A stretch of DNA of 61,518 nt, the filler included, from Sphacelaria rigidula (taxonomy: Eukaryota): the NCBI GenBank assembly GCA_964200075.2. It is 11 parts of 11 records of this genome, joined end to end, with 100 filler letters (N's around TTAATTAATTAA, not from the genome) between each part and the next. Parts side by side here need not be neighbours in the genome. Positions count along the whole stretch, not along the records: positions 11,205 to 16,706 come from CAXNAA020026803.1; positions 16,807 to 22,308 come from CAXNAA020026804.1; positions 22,409 to 27,910 come from CAXNAA020026805.1; 8 more parts are not named here. One strand, 5' to 3'. Shown in pieces: positions 13,445 to 24,568 of the stretch (its first letter is position 1; each line of letters starts with the position of its first letter). The translations under genes and the position numbers were made by a program. The notes under the pieces are model-generated. The model ran no database searches and was not told the DNA's origin. It saw nothing but the letters and a program-made list of their open reading frames with translations.

Positions 13445-13562
13445 GTTGATATGGGCAGTGAGGTCGAGATTTGGCATGGAATCAGCCCTCGCGGTCGCTA
13501 GTCGAACTACGGGGAAGTCCGCTCCGGGGGCATCCACCTTCCGCATTGCAGTCTTGAACTCT
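13445..13562 (-). CDS. CDPK-like gene exon (end of EF4 and start of C-terminal extension)
   Basis: Acceptor TGTCACAG, donor GTAAGC. Completes IDFE-EFKTAMRKVDAPGADFPVVRLATARADSMPNLDLTAHIN in phase. Confidence 0.75.
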
Positions 13563-14162
13563 CTGTGACAGAAGCACACGAACATGATGTATCGGAGACG
13601 AAGCTGGAACCCGAGTCACCACGCGACAGAAATCTGCTTCGAACTCTCAAGAACCCACCGAACGCATGCGCCTTCAACTCTTTTGGACCCGATTGACGTT
13701 TCATTTTTCCGTGAAAAACTCCGCATTACTTCCAGTCATTTCTCAGGTTAAAATGATGCCGATTCACAAAAAACAAAAATCGTCGATGGGTTCCCCGAGG
13801 GGTAATTAAATACGTCTTCCTCGACATGAACGACAATAACAGACATGACAAACGCAAGGCCGAACAAGGAACAAGCGGATGGCCATGGTCTCAACACCTA
13901 GCACTCCGACAAATACAAAAGCCATCGATATATAGCAGCCGGCTGGCCATCACGATCTTGATGGCAACGCAGCCATTTTGGCTCCCCCCCCGATAGGTAC
14001 GTAAGTGCAGTACAAAATACAGCTAGTGTAACGATGGTGACATCGCAAAAAACTACCCAACCACTGCTCAAATACAATGTGGCGAATGTCCACCCGAAGA
14101 TGCATGTGCAACAAATCACGTCGTGTGTACTTTACGCTTGGTATTGGTGAAGTATTCCTCAC

Positions 14163-14265
14163 TCGAAATCGATGCTCCCGTCCTTGTTCAGGTCGAACTC
14201 GGACATTAACCGAGCCACGGCGTCTTCCTCCAGGTCGACCCCGACGATCAGCTTTAGGTCCGACG
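14163..14265 (-). CDS. CDPK-like gene exon (last EF-hand)
   Basis: Acceptor TTGCCAG, donor GTGAGG. Splices in frame to the 16377 exon: (A)SDLKLIVGVDLEEDAVARLMSEFDLNKDGSIDF(E). Not shown in the ORF track. Confidence 0.85.
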
Positions 14266-16376
14266 CTGGCAACACGATCAAAACGGCAACCATGAGAGCA
14301 GCAAGACACTCTGAGATGTTGTTGAACGCACAGCGGCGCTCAAGATCCTACCCTTCGAGGTTGACCGGTCCGTGGACCGATTGCAACGAAAGAACAGGCA
14401 CAAAAAACTCAGTGATCGTTCCACGAGACGACATGAAACAACAACGGCGAAACGTGCATCATTCAATGGCCAAGCGCAAATAACGATCGGACGCCGAAGC
14501 ACAAGACTTGGGATGGTTTTTCTGGATAGGTGCCTCAGTTTTCGAGAAAAGCGAGGGGTGACAGCGCCGCAGGCGAAATATGATGGGGTTTGGACGTCCG
14601 TTACGCGCATGCCCACGTCGACGCCTCGCGTCAATATATTCAACAAACGTCGAAGGGCGTGGTAGAAACGTCGAAGGACGTCTAAGGCACGCGTACGGGC
14701 GTCTAAAACCGTCAAAAGGGTCTGCTAACGACGCTGTGAGCGAGCGCCTCGGCCATAGACTACGCAGCGCGAGAAGTTGCCTGGATAGAATCGAAAACGA
14801 CTTGGCACGTGTACAAATAAGCCGTATCTGCAGTTTGATGGACCTCATCAAGGGGCCCTACCAACTGCAGGCTGTGAATGACATTCCCCACGATCGGAAA
14901 AAGCTCATAATGGGCGAGAGGCTGAGGGAAAGGGGACAAGGTGGGATATATCCTAGTTTTGAGGTGGGGGTACCCCTCAGATACCAGGTAGATGATAGCG
15001 ATAGTAGGTACTGTATAATAACAACAAAAAAGTCGGGATCCCACAATAGTGCGGTCATACGAGGTTGGCAACCCACCGAACGACACAACACAATATATGG
15101 TGGGACACCTCGTGCACATACATACTGTACTGCACTGCATCTGTTGTACAGTACAAACAGCACAGTACAGTGCAATTTGATAGGTGGTCGGAGAATTTCG
15201 ACGGGTACGTATCGTAGCTTCGAGCAATGATCCCTTTCTGGTGTGGACGGGGATGTGTTGGCACAGCACGTTGACTGATCGCAGTCCTATTGCAGCATGC
15301 GGTGTGCTTGCCGATCCACCGCGCGGCTACAAAGTCGTAACCCAGCGGCAAAAAACTCACGGCCGCGGGCAAAAAAATTGGGAGACACAAAACCTCCCCG
15401 GCTTTGAGCTGCTCATACACAGGCGAATCGTGGCTGGTGAAGACACATCCAGGTGAATCCACGGAGAGCCGATGCGGCTTGCCTACTGCATGCACCTTGG
15501 ATAAGTGGTACTAGAGTCTTCCCAACCGTCGCCAACCAGCTCTCAAGTGTTCAGACATCCTTGGACACAGCCTGCAGCGATGATGCCACAGACCAAGACA
15601 TGCTCGGATGCGATTTGCCTACTTAGGTGCGCCGCTCCTAAAGAAAGGTATCTAAACGTCAATTTGTTTTGTGTACGCGTGTACGAAGACTGTGCCAAAC
15701 GCAGACGTCTTCAATCCAAAATAGACCACACTAACCAACCCACAGTCCAGAGATGGGACGACAACACACACCCCAGACTACCATGTCATCATCCAGACGG
15801 TGAGGAGAGAAAAACTGATTTCAGCATCATGAAACAGTCCCGGGCATCCTTTGCGATGCAAACGCGTTCCGGAATAGATCGTCAGACACAGTGACCCGAA
15901 GCTCGACACAGCTACTTCTACCACGTACAACCCGGCGCTACAGTGCGTCCGGTCCAGATCCATCCCGCCAGAGTCAGGGATCCTCGACGTTCGCATGTAA
16001 AAAAGCTGGCCTACAAACGGCAAGGCAGACAAATATCAGAAACCTGGATACAGGTTGATGTCAACTATACCGTAGAGCGATAATGCTCCGAATCTATGCA
16101 CCAAACATGCTCGTGTGCACTCTCGTGCATGAAGGCTTGGACCCATTCCATACTAAAACCACTGCTACGAATCAACATGAACACATGTAATGCACAAAAC
16201 AAGTATCCATCAAAGATACACACCCTAAAAACAAACGGACGCATGTTACCGCAGTTTCTTGGCGGCTGGTAGGCTCTCATAACATCCGACATCACAGAAA
16301 GTGCACGGTGTTCACATCTACTCCTCCTTCTTTTTTTGTTCTTCAAAAGCAGAAGCAACCCAAGCCGCTCACTCAC

Positions 16377-16538
16377 CATCAATTTTCCCGCTGTGGTCAA
16401 AGTCCAATCTGTCGAATGCTAGCTGTAGCCGCCTATCGTCTAGCTCTCTTCTGCCCAACGTCGCAGCTAGGAACTCGTTGAAGTGTAGCTCTTTCGAGTT
16501 GTCCACGTCTGCGGCATCGAACATCGCCTGGATTTCCG
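16377..16538 (-). CDS. CDPK-like calmodulin domain exon (two EF-hand loops)
   Basis: AG/GT-bounded 162-bp phase 1-1 exon: EIQAMFDAADVDNSKELHFNEFLAATLGRRELDDRRLQLAFDRLDFDHSGKID. Matches the EF2-EF3 pattern of calcium-dependent protein kinases. Confidence 0.88.
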
Positions 16539-16629
16539 CTGCGCAAAATAAAGCAAGAGCCGCGTACATCGACAACAACACAGTGATCCATGCGCCGGGG
16601 CCTCAGGGCAAGAGACATGCTGTACGTGG

Positions 16630-16706
16630 GAGGCGTACTCATTTGTTGCTTGCCTTAGTCGTTTGGCCATTGACCACGCATCCCTTCCAAGACGGAGCAT
16701 GGGGGG
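16630..16706 (-). repeat. 3' tip of a LINE family (other copies at 28300-28390, 44875-44960, 45722-45785)
   Basis: Shared GTACTCATTTGTTGCTTGCCTTAGTCGTTTG(G/A)CCATTGACCACGCATCCCTT; the opposite strand encodes ...GCVVNGQTTKASNK*. Confidence 0.85.
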
Positions 16707-17820
16707 NNNNNNNNNNNNNNNNNNNNNNNNNNNNNNNNNNNNNNNNNNNNTTAATTAATTAANNNNNNNNNNNNNNNNNNNNNNNNNNNNNNNNNNNNNN
16801 NNNNNNTTTGGATGACAGCCAAAAATGAGTTGCTTTATTCCGTGATATCGCTACTTCCAGAGACAGCCATGGCTTATACACTGCCTCATGGTTGAGGGGG
16901 GGAGGGGGGGCTGGCTCTCGGGGCATCACCCACGGTGAACCGCGTCTTTTTCAGATTTATCTGGTATTGTTTTGCCAAAACATTTGAGGAAGCAGTTGGT
17001 AAATATCGTTTTGATTTGTGTTTTTGTCGGGCTGGAGATACGGGCTTCGATCCCCGACGGTGTTCATAGTCTTCGATCCCAATTCAAATTACTAGACCAT
17101 CGACTACCCCTTAGCGCATCTAGCACGCGATTTCGGAAATTGAGCACAGTTTTATGGAGGAATAACGCTGGGACCCGCCACAAGCATCGAAATGTTTCCG
17201 AAGTAGAAATACAAATGCACTCTCGGGCCACAATGTGTTGAGTCGCTCATCATGGGAGAGTACGCCGATCATTTGTAAAATCCCGTGTTTTGTAGGGGAT
17301 TCTGGAATACAAGAGCAGTGTAAAATACAGTAAGGAACGGAGGATTAACTTATTCCGTGTAAGTACAGGATGCCGCAAATCGCAGACGGCCTATTGTTCA
17401 GGAGGAGCCACGCCGCACGGCACAATCGGAGAGGGCAGATTCTTTTTTGCATTGCGTAATTGTAGTGATGCTTACGAAGGTTCCCAACGCTCAACCTCAC
17501 CGAAATATCCATCCCCAATTTTCAATATCGCGTCGTATCTGATTCAGTTCATCAGTCGGATCCGTCCCCCCTGCGAATAGCGTCGCAGAAAGAGGCAATG
17601 CGGTGGATGACAGAACAGATATACGCGCGGGAGCCCAGGACGTAGCGCATCGCGCTTGTGTGCTAGTTGTTTGGCTTCATGCGCACGCTGATGTTGCGCT
17701 AACAACTTCACGCGCGCGCACAATTTTGTAGCCATACAGCGTAACTATCCGGCGTTGCGGGCTCAACTTCCTGCGCACGATCCCTCGAAACACGCGACCA
17801 CCTCACATCCCCAATGACAG

Positions 17821-20800
17821 GAAGTGTATGATGCATTCGTGGAGGATATGCGTAGTACGGGAGGAGGGGCGGCCGCAAGTCTTAGCTATTTTTACACCAC
17901 GATGCGCAAGGACCGACCCCACTATAAGGCCAAGGACGGCGGCACATTCATGAAGTGTAACGCGTGCACTCTGTAGCATGACACCCTTAATGGGAGTTCT
18001 GGTGTGAGGGTCACCGCTGACCCTGGCAAGATGGATGAGGTCGCTATGGAGCAGAAGGCGCACTTGCAAGTGAGTCATCTTCTCGTCGAAATTGTCGGCA
18101 GCTCGTGATGTAACCGAAAAAACGAAGATACGCAATATGTGAGATTGCGCCACGATTTACATCCAACGCAGTCGCGGGTGTATCGAATCAGTCAAGGGGA
18201 GGATATTTCCCGATAACTATATTTCCTCAGCTCGTACCTGCAGCGACCCGTCGATACCAAATGTTTCGACGCGAGTACGCGTGGAAATTCTGTCGAGTAA
18301 ACCTCCATCTCCCTATGCGACCTCGGCTGATTCCGTCACGGTATCGCAATTCGCGAGTGCCCCTCCATTCAATTTTCCCAGGTCCATGCGGCCGAGTAGC
18401 GTTTCCCAGTTTCACGTTGTCTTGGCGGAAACTCTCTCCGCCCGAGCCGCGTATCAATAGCCGACCGTTTTTCTTATCATTTACCTAGCTTTTTTTTAGT
18501 TCGTTATTTCGGATTGGTTTCATTTGTTGTGTGTATGTTGATCCGAATTCATGAGATATGTGTTTTTAATATCTGTGGTTACTTCACGCCTCCCGAGCGG
18601 ATGTTTCTGTGCTTCCTTCAATCCCGGATTCGTCTTTCATGGGACCACGGCTGGAGGCACGTGGTTTGCCCCAATGGTAGATACAGCGCTCGAGATATTC
18701 ATCAACCTTACGATGCGGACCTCCCCTTGACCGTTACAGTTGGTGACTCTAGACCGTGAGCGCCTGGCTTTCATTAGTCGGGCTGCCATCCGAGCGAAGG
18801 CCAATCAGGAGCCGTTGAAGTTCGTGTCTCTACAAGCCGATGCAGCAGCTCAAACGGTGTTCGCTCTACCTATGTGTTCTCCAGTGACGCACGGCACAGA
18901 TAAGTGAGTACGAACGACAAATGACCGTGCATTCGACGGTGTCCCCCTTTGGTTAGCGCCTCCAACACTCGCGCACACCCACGGTCATGGCGCTGGCGGA
19001 TACTCCTTCGCGCGTGCGTCGACGTCGATGTAGATTGTACCGTGTCTGATTCGAGTCCACGATTATGCACGATGCACGATGCGGCAACTGACAGGGGATA
19101 TGCCGAACGCCAAAAAATCATGGCAGTTCTCGTGGAGGGACAGTTCGTGGATTTCTTCCTGGCACCTCAGACCGTCGGAGGCGGTGAGTTCGAGTACGGT
19201 GCTCGTGTTCTGCAGTTGCCGAATCATTCCGTGAGGCGGTCGTCGGCTGGTTCGTTCGCATCTCGATTGTTTTATAGAGTAGTATCGCCGCCCACCCAAT
19301 TCGAAGTAAATAACTGTTCGTTTGCCGAGTCTGTTCGTTCGATACTTCTACCGCCGAGGCGCGTGGTTCGATACAGCACACTGCCCCACAGTCCACAACA
19401 ACATTTATTCCACAAACAAACGAATATCGCACGCTGTCCATCCCGCCATACCGCCATCACCTTGCCGTGACCTTGTTTTGCAGGCAGCAATCTCATATGC
19501 ACCTCCATCCACCGGGTACTGACGCGACTGTTCGACACGCACTGCAGCACCGGCACCCCAGCGTACATCAACGAACTATACGCCCAATTCGACAACTGCG
19601 TGGGCGAAAACAAGAATCACATCGTCTTAACGTACCTGGGTTCTCTGGTGGCGAGGCATCATCGGACGGGTTGAGGTCATTTTCATGATGGTTGGACATA
19701 CCCACATCATGATCGATCAGGTCTTCTCGAGGTGTGTACAAAGATGTGTGCGTCGGAATTTAAGATCGGTATCGAATTGAAGATCAAATCGTGATCAGGA
19801 CAGTCGATCATGCGCACGGACGTGGAAGACGGAGAAGCCGACATTGGTCGATTCGGATCGAAATCTGGAATAGATAATCGATTGTTTACACTCCCTGGCC
19901 TGCTCGTGGCGGGGCTATCCTCTTTAGTTGTTCAGCTGTCTTAGAGTGCCCTCTTACGGTTCTGTTTGGGTTTTTTTACTATGTGGGTGCTTGTTTCTCG
20001 AGAGGCTAAAAAGAAGCAATAAGAACCCTTTTGCAAGGCACAGCAGGGATGGTATTGGCAAGAGTAGCGCACGTCTGTGGTGGGGGACCTCCGACAGCAA
20101 CGCACGATTGCGAAATAAAAAATGCGACTGGATCATCCGGCTGTGATGTATGGCCTCGCTCATCCCACGGTTAGGCCCCGACCCTAACCATAACCCAGCC
20201 CCAATGAGATGGAGAGTTCCTACAAATTCACCCCTGTCGTGGGATCACTCCGTAAACCTTCGTAATTTACCGCGCTTAAGTATCTCGGCACTTGGGCTGG
20301 GCATCGGCTGTAACTTCCAACCTAGATAGAAATATTCAGGACCGAGACCGGGGTTGGGTTCGTATTCGCAAAACCTCACTCTTGCTATTTTGAACGAAAT
20401 CTAAGGCATCAAGTCACAGAATATATCGACGAAATTCCCGCCAACTAAAAAACACGAAACAAAAGCCCGAAGCACATCCTGCAAATAATGCCGTTACACG
20501 GGTGTTTTTTTCCGATGTCAAATTATGTGCGGTATCAGTACGACTCTCGCAAGGGTAAGAAGATATGATGCACAGTACGTGAGCGTCCACACATAACTCG
20601 ATGTCACGAGTTATTTTGGACATTGAAGGGCCAGTGTGCAGGTGGAAGTATGTGATCGATGACCACATCTGGCACTTAGTTACGATTGTTTAACAGGATT
20701 GCCGTACACTGCAAGGGCTCTTGCCTGTTCACAAGACAACAGCAGGAGGCAGAGGCCTTCAGTGCTGCGTGCACGAGGTTGCCCGTCTACACGACCACTC

Positions 20801-21136
20801 TCCGCTCCTTGGGAAACCTCAAAGGGGCCCTGACAGACGGCGGTCGCGTGTTTCCCATCGTTGGCTTAACGTCGCCGCGGTCGTTCGAGATCCGGCCTGC
20901 GGGGCCGGCTCAGGTCAGCGTTGGTATGAAACAGTACATGCACAAGCCTGACTTCACCGGGATGACGGCTCCCAGTGTCTTCGAAGGCCCCCCACACTTA
21001 CGTTTCCGAGCGGGTGTCCTAGATATGGAGTTAGCACCTCCCTTCAAGCTGAAGGTCGTCGATGCAGTCGCGCGGGCATGCGTTCTGGCCCGCTACAACG
21101 CCGTGCACTGTCGCCTGGCGTCCCTCTACCCCCCAG
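17821..21136 (+). mobile_element. Intron-containing Sola-like (DUF7869-type) DDD transposase, pseudogenised
   Basis: Exons 17821-18069, 18740-18903, 19095-19183, 19484-19731 and 20697-21136 all join through GT-AG introns in compatible phase. Motifs: FMKCNAC, HLQ, VSLQADAAAQTVFALP, GGGSNLICT, LYAQFDNCVGENKNHIVL, FMMVGHTHIMIDQVFSRI. One stop (17974-17976) and one frameshift (about 19655). Confidence 0.82.
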
Positions 21137-23560
21137 GTGCGCGTACACCGGAGATTCCCCGTCTTTATATTGTGCCGCACAAACTATCCTCGTGTGATCG
21201 CGCGTGCACGGTTTTTGCTGTCGTGCCCCACCTTGTCGTTATGATTGTTCCGCTTGACGCATCCCCGACTTTATTGACCGGTGTTGATGTAGTCCTTGGT
21301 CGGCGGTCTCACGATGTGCTCGAACCCTAAGTCTGTACCCGCCGTACGGCAGAATATCAAAAGGGTGTGATATTTTGAAGGCTCGTTATCCTCTGTCCTC
21401 TAAGCACATGTTGATTGTTTTCGTGAAAACAATGGCGCTTAGAGATGGAGGACACCCCCAACGCAAGGTAGACAGCGAGGCTGAGGGCAACCGAAGTACC
21501 CAAGAGTACGATACAGGGATAGGGAAAGTGGGCTCTGTCTTGACTCAAAATGGCGTCTCTGCGTTACCCCGGGGTACTCAAAGTTGCACTTGAGGGCCAC
21601 TTTGCGGAGGCTTCAGTACTGACAGTTTCATTTGCGAGTAGGGCGGTCGGGGTAGACCTCTGTTCCCACATTTTGTTTTTGTTTTCGTCGACGTCGTACC
21701 AGTGTGTACTTCTGCGCGCATCGTGTTACGGAAGAGGCAGGCCGCAAAAGCCGGCAACCTCTATTCCAGGTTGAGTATTTATATGTTTTCGTGCTTGGTC
21801 TAGTTATGAGTTTGTCACTACCCCTTTTTTTAACGGTTTGTATATGATTGTCCTTCACTTTTCTCCAACGAGTGTCCCAGTTCCGGTTGTCGATACTGTT
21901 ACCACGGCTCGATTGCTGGGGGATCATTTGCTGGGCGGCGATCAATTAAACAATCATCTTGCCGAACCAAAACCACGAGGAGGTCGCACACTAGCCGCCC
22001 CTGATCCCATCAGACCGCACGCGTGCTCGCAGATTTGGAGAGGCAGGAGACAATCAAAAATGAAATGGCTACCTCCCACAGACTACTCGGCGCAAAGGGC
22101 TCCGTGCCTTGGAATCTACCTTGCCACTGGCTGCGGCGTAACGACATGCAGCCAGACGAAGGGGCGGCGAAAGAGGACACTGGGACAGAAGAATGTAGTT
22201 TCGGCGATGGGTCGGACAGAGAGCTGGATTCTTCTGTTCATGACACCTCGGGGGGTGTCGTTCAGCACTCCGGGGTGTGTGGGCAGGGTGTGGCGGGCAC
22301 CAGCGGTGNNNNNNNNNNNNNNNNNNNNNNNNNNNNNNNNNNNNNNNNNNNNTTAATTAATTAANNNNNNNNNNNNNNNNNNNNNNNNNNNNNNNNNNNN
22401 NNNNNNNNAATGCGGGTACACAGATGGTTCCGGGTCGGGACAACGAATCCCCAAGCGGGCTGCGTCGAGGTCTGTGTGCACACAACGCCGCGGAGCATCA
22501 CCATTCCACTACTGCGCAACTTTGCTCTCGATGTGCACCCTACACCTCTCTCGACGTCTTATTTCTATGTCAGCACTCCCAATATTCCCTTCGCTCACAC
22601 TTCGTCTGCACACATGTGGATTAAATACATGTTGTCTGCAACACGAAAACGCTTTTAGTGTCGTGCCCCAGCGTCGCCCTCCGCGCGTGCGGCACGATAC
22701 GCAGTACAGTACACTCGTACTGCGTGATGTTTTTTCATGACGCTTCGACACCAAAATATCGCTTCATCCCGACGATGGTTCGTGGTCGAAGGAATCCACC
22801 CTCTGACCACTACGCCGAGAACGCCGAAGTATCGCCCGTGTACGGCACTGTACAGCAGCAGCGAACTGATGCCGTGCTCATATAATATTTTCACGTCTCA
22901 AGTTTGTCCGCATTCCGAGTACCTGGATGCAGGTGCAACAATCACGGTGGCTGACAGCGCAGCATTCCTCCGGAGTCCGACGCACCAGCGGCCAGTGTTA
23001 TTCCGTTCATGCTCTCCCGCACTTGTTGGGGGAATTTGCTCTATATCTACTACACTTTCCCGTTTCCCTTCGCGGAATTTGCCCGTTTCTCCGCGGAATT
23101 TACTCTGGGCCCAGTGGTTTCCCTAGCCACCATAACCTCACGTTTCCCTACTCGGATTCACTGCCACCTGTTTCCCTGCCACTTTTCACTTCTTTGTCCT
23201 CCTGGGAATGTAACGCGCGAGACCTCCAACACCAGTGACGTCCAAAGCCGTTTGACTTTCATCTCATCAAAATCTAACGCACCTTATTTCCCCGGCACCA
23301 GTGACTCACTCTTCACCCGTCAATGCACGGAACCTGTATGTCTCCTCATTACCAATGACGTTCTCATCCATTTGACGCCTCTTTCCAGACCCCCCCCCAG
23401 TGACACAGTGGCTTTGGCGCTTGCCAGTTTCACCAAGCAACCCGAAATCTGTCAGTGCGACAGAGTAATATTCTAATATTAAACAGTGGTAGAAAATGAG
23501 GCTGTGGAGCCATGCTGTTCAACGCTTCGTATGGTATTGACTTTATATATATATATGTAG

Positions 23561-23823
23561 TGTTGGAATCGCAGGTACCGGTCACGAAGGTTTGGTCTGA
23601 TGTGGGGGCGTATAATGTGGGATAGCAGCCGTTATACATGAAGTATTCTCCCCTTTGACCGTGTACCCCGGTGGGTTGTTTGGTGTTGTCTTGCCCACAA
23701 GCGGCACCTTGAACACTATCTTCTGCCTACACTCCGAAGCAGACTGTCTGCTTGCTCGGCGTATCCGCCGTTGCGCCAACTCTAGCGACCACGACAAAGG
23801 GGTTCCAAGTGAATCCTCCAACA
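23561..23823 (+). mobile_element. 5' LTR of Ty1/copia element (263 bp), followed by PBS
   Basis: TGTTGGA...TCCAACA terminal inverted repeat, immediately followed by GGTTTATTGAGCC, which resembles the GGTTATGGGCCC half-tRNA-iMet PBS. Gag lies downstream. Confidence 0.72.
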
Positions 23824-24568
23824 GGTTTATTGAGCCTCGATTCGTGTTGGTGCTGACGGAGCGGACGTTGGACCTTGGAAGGAAGGGCAGCAGCAAAAGG
23901 ACAGATCTTTACTGGAAAACAACGTGAGTTGGGTCAAAGTAAGACGGCACTGTGTGTGTCTGGCACTACAACAGGGCGCTGCGTTGCGATTGAGGACGGC
24001 ACTTACTTTGTCCGCATCTGGCATCATCGCAGTACGGAGATATCGCTGCGGTACGAATTGATAATTTTTGAAAAAGCGGGACAAGCGCAGGTGAACAGGA
24101 GTAGCTCTGCAACTGTGACGACACGCATCTACTCTCGACTGGCGCTACAGCAGGGTACCACAACCTGAACCGAGTAGGGCGTGTGATCTATTCTTTGGGG
24201 AGACGACAACAGCATGCGCAGCACCACGGCTGACCTGCGGAAACAGTTACAGTCACTAGTCGGATCCTTTTTCGGCAAGAAATGATTCCGCGCCTACTAC
24301 AGAAGTGCACGACCGTGCGCAGTGGTTGTAACACCTTGTACACTGACTTTATACCTGCACCTGTCAAGCCGCCCAAGTTGAGCGGCGTCGTGTTGGGGCC
24401 GCTATCGTGATGGGGGACAAGTCTGGGTTCGATCCTTCTGCATCCCTTTTCTCCGCGACCTCCCTCGACAAGTCAAGCGGCGGTGATCAAGGCCGATTGT
24501 GTGGTGGTATCGGAACACGTTATATTATACTCGTTATACGTTGGGGCAAAGCGACGAGGAGGATTATC

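Noticed and set aside
13898..15460. Endogenous giant-virus genes
   Set aside because: No recognisable viral motif. Part of the region is explained by a CDPK exon on the minus strand and the rest is intronic.
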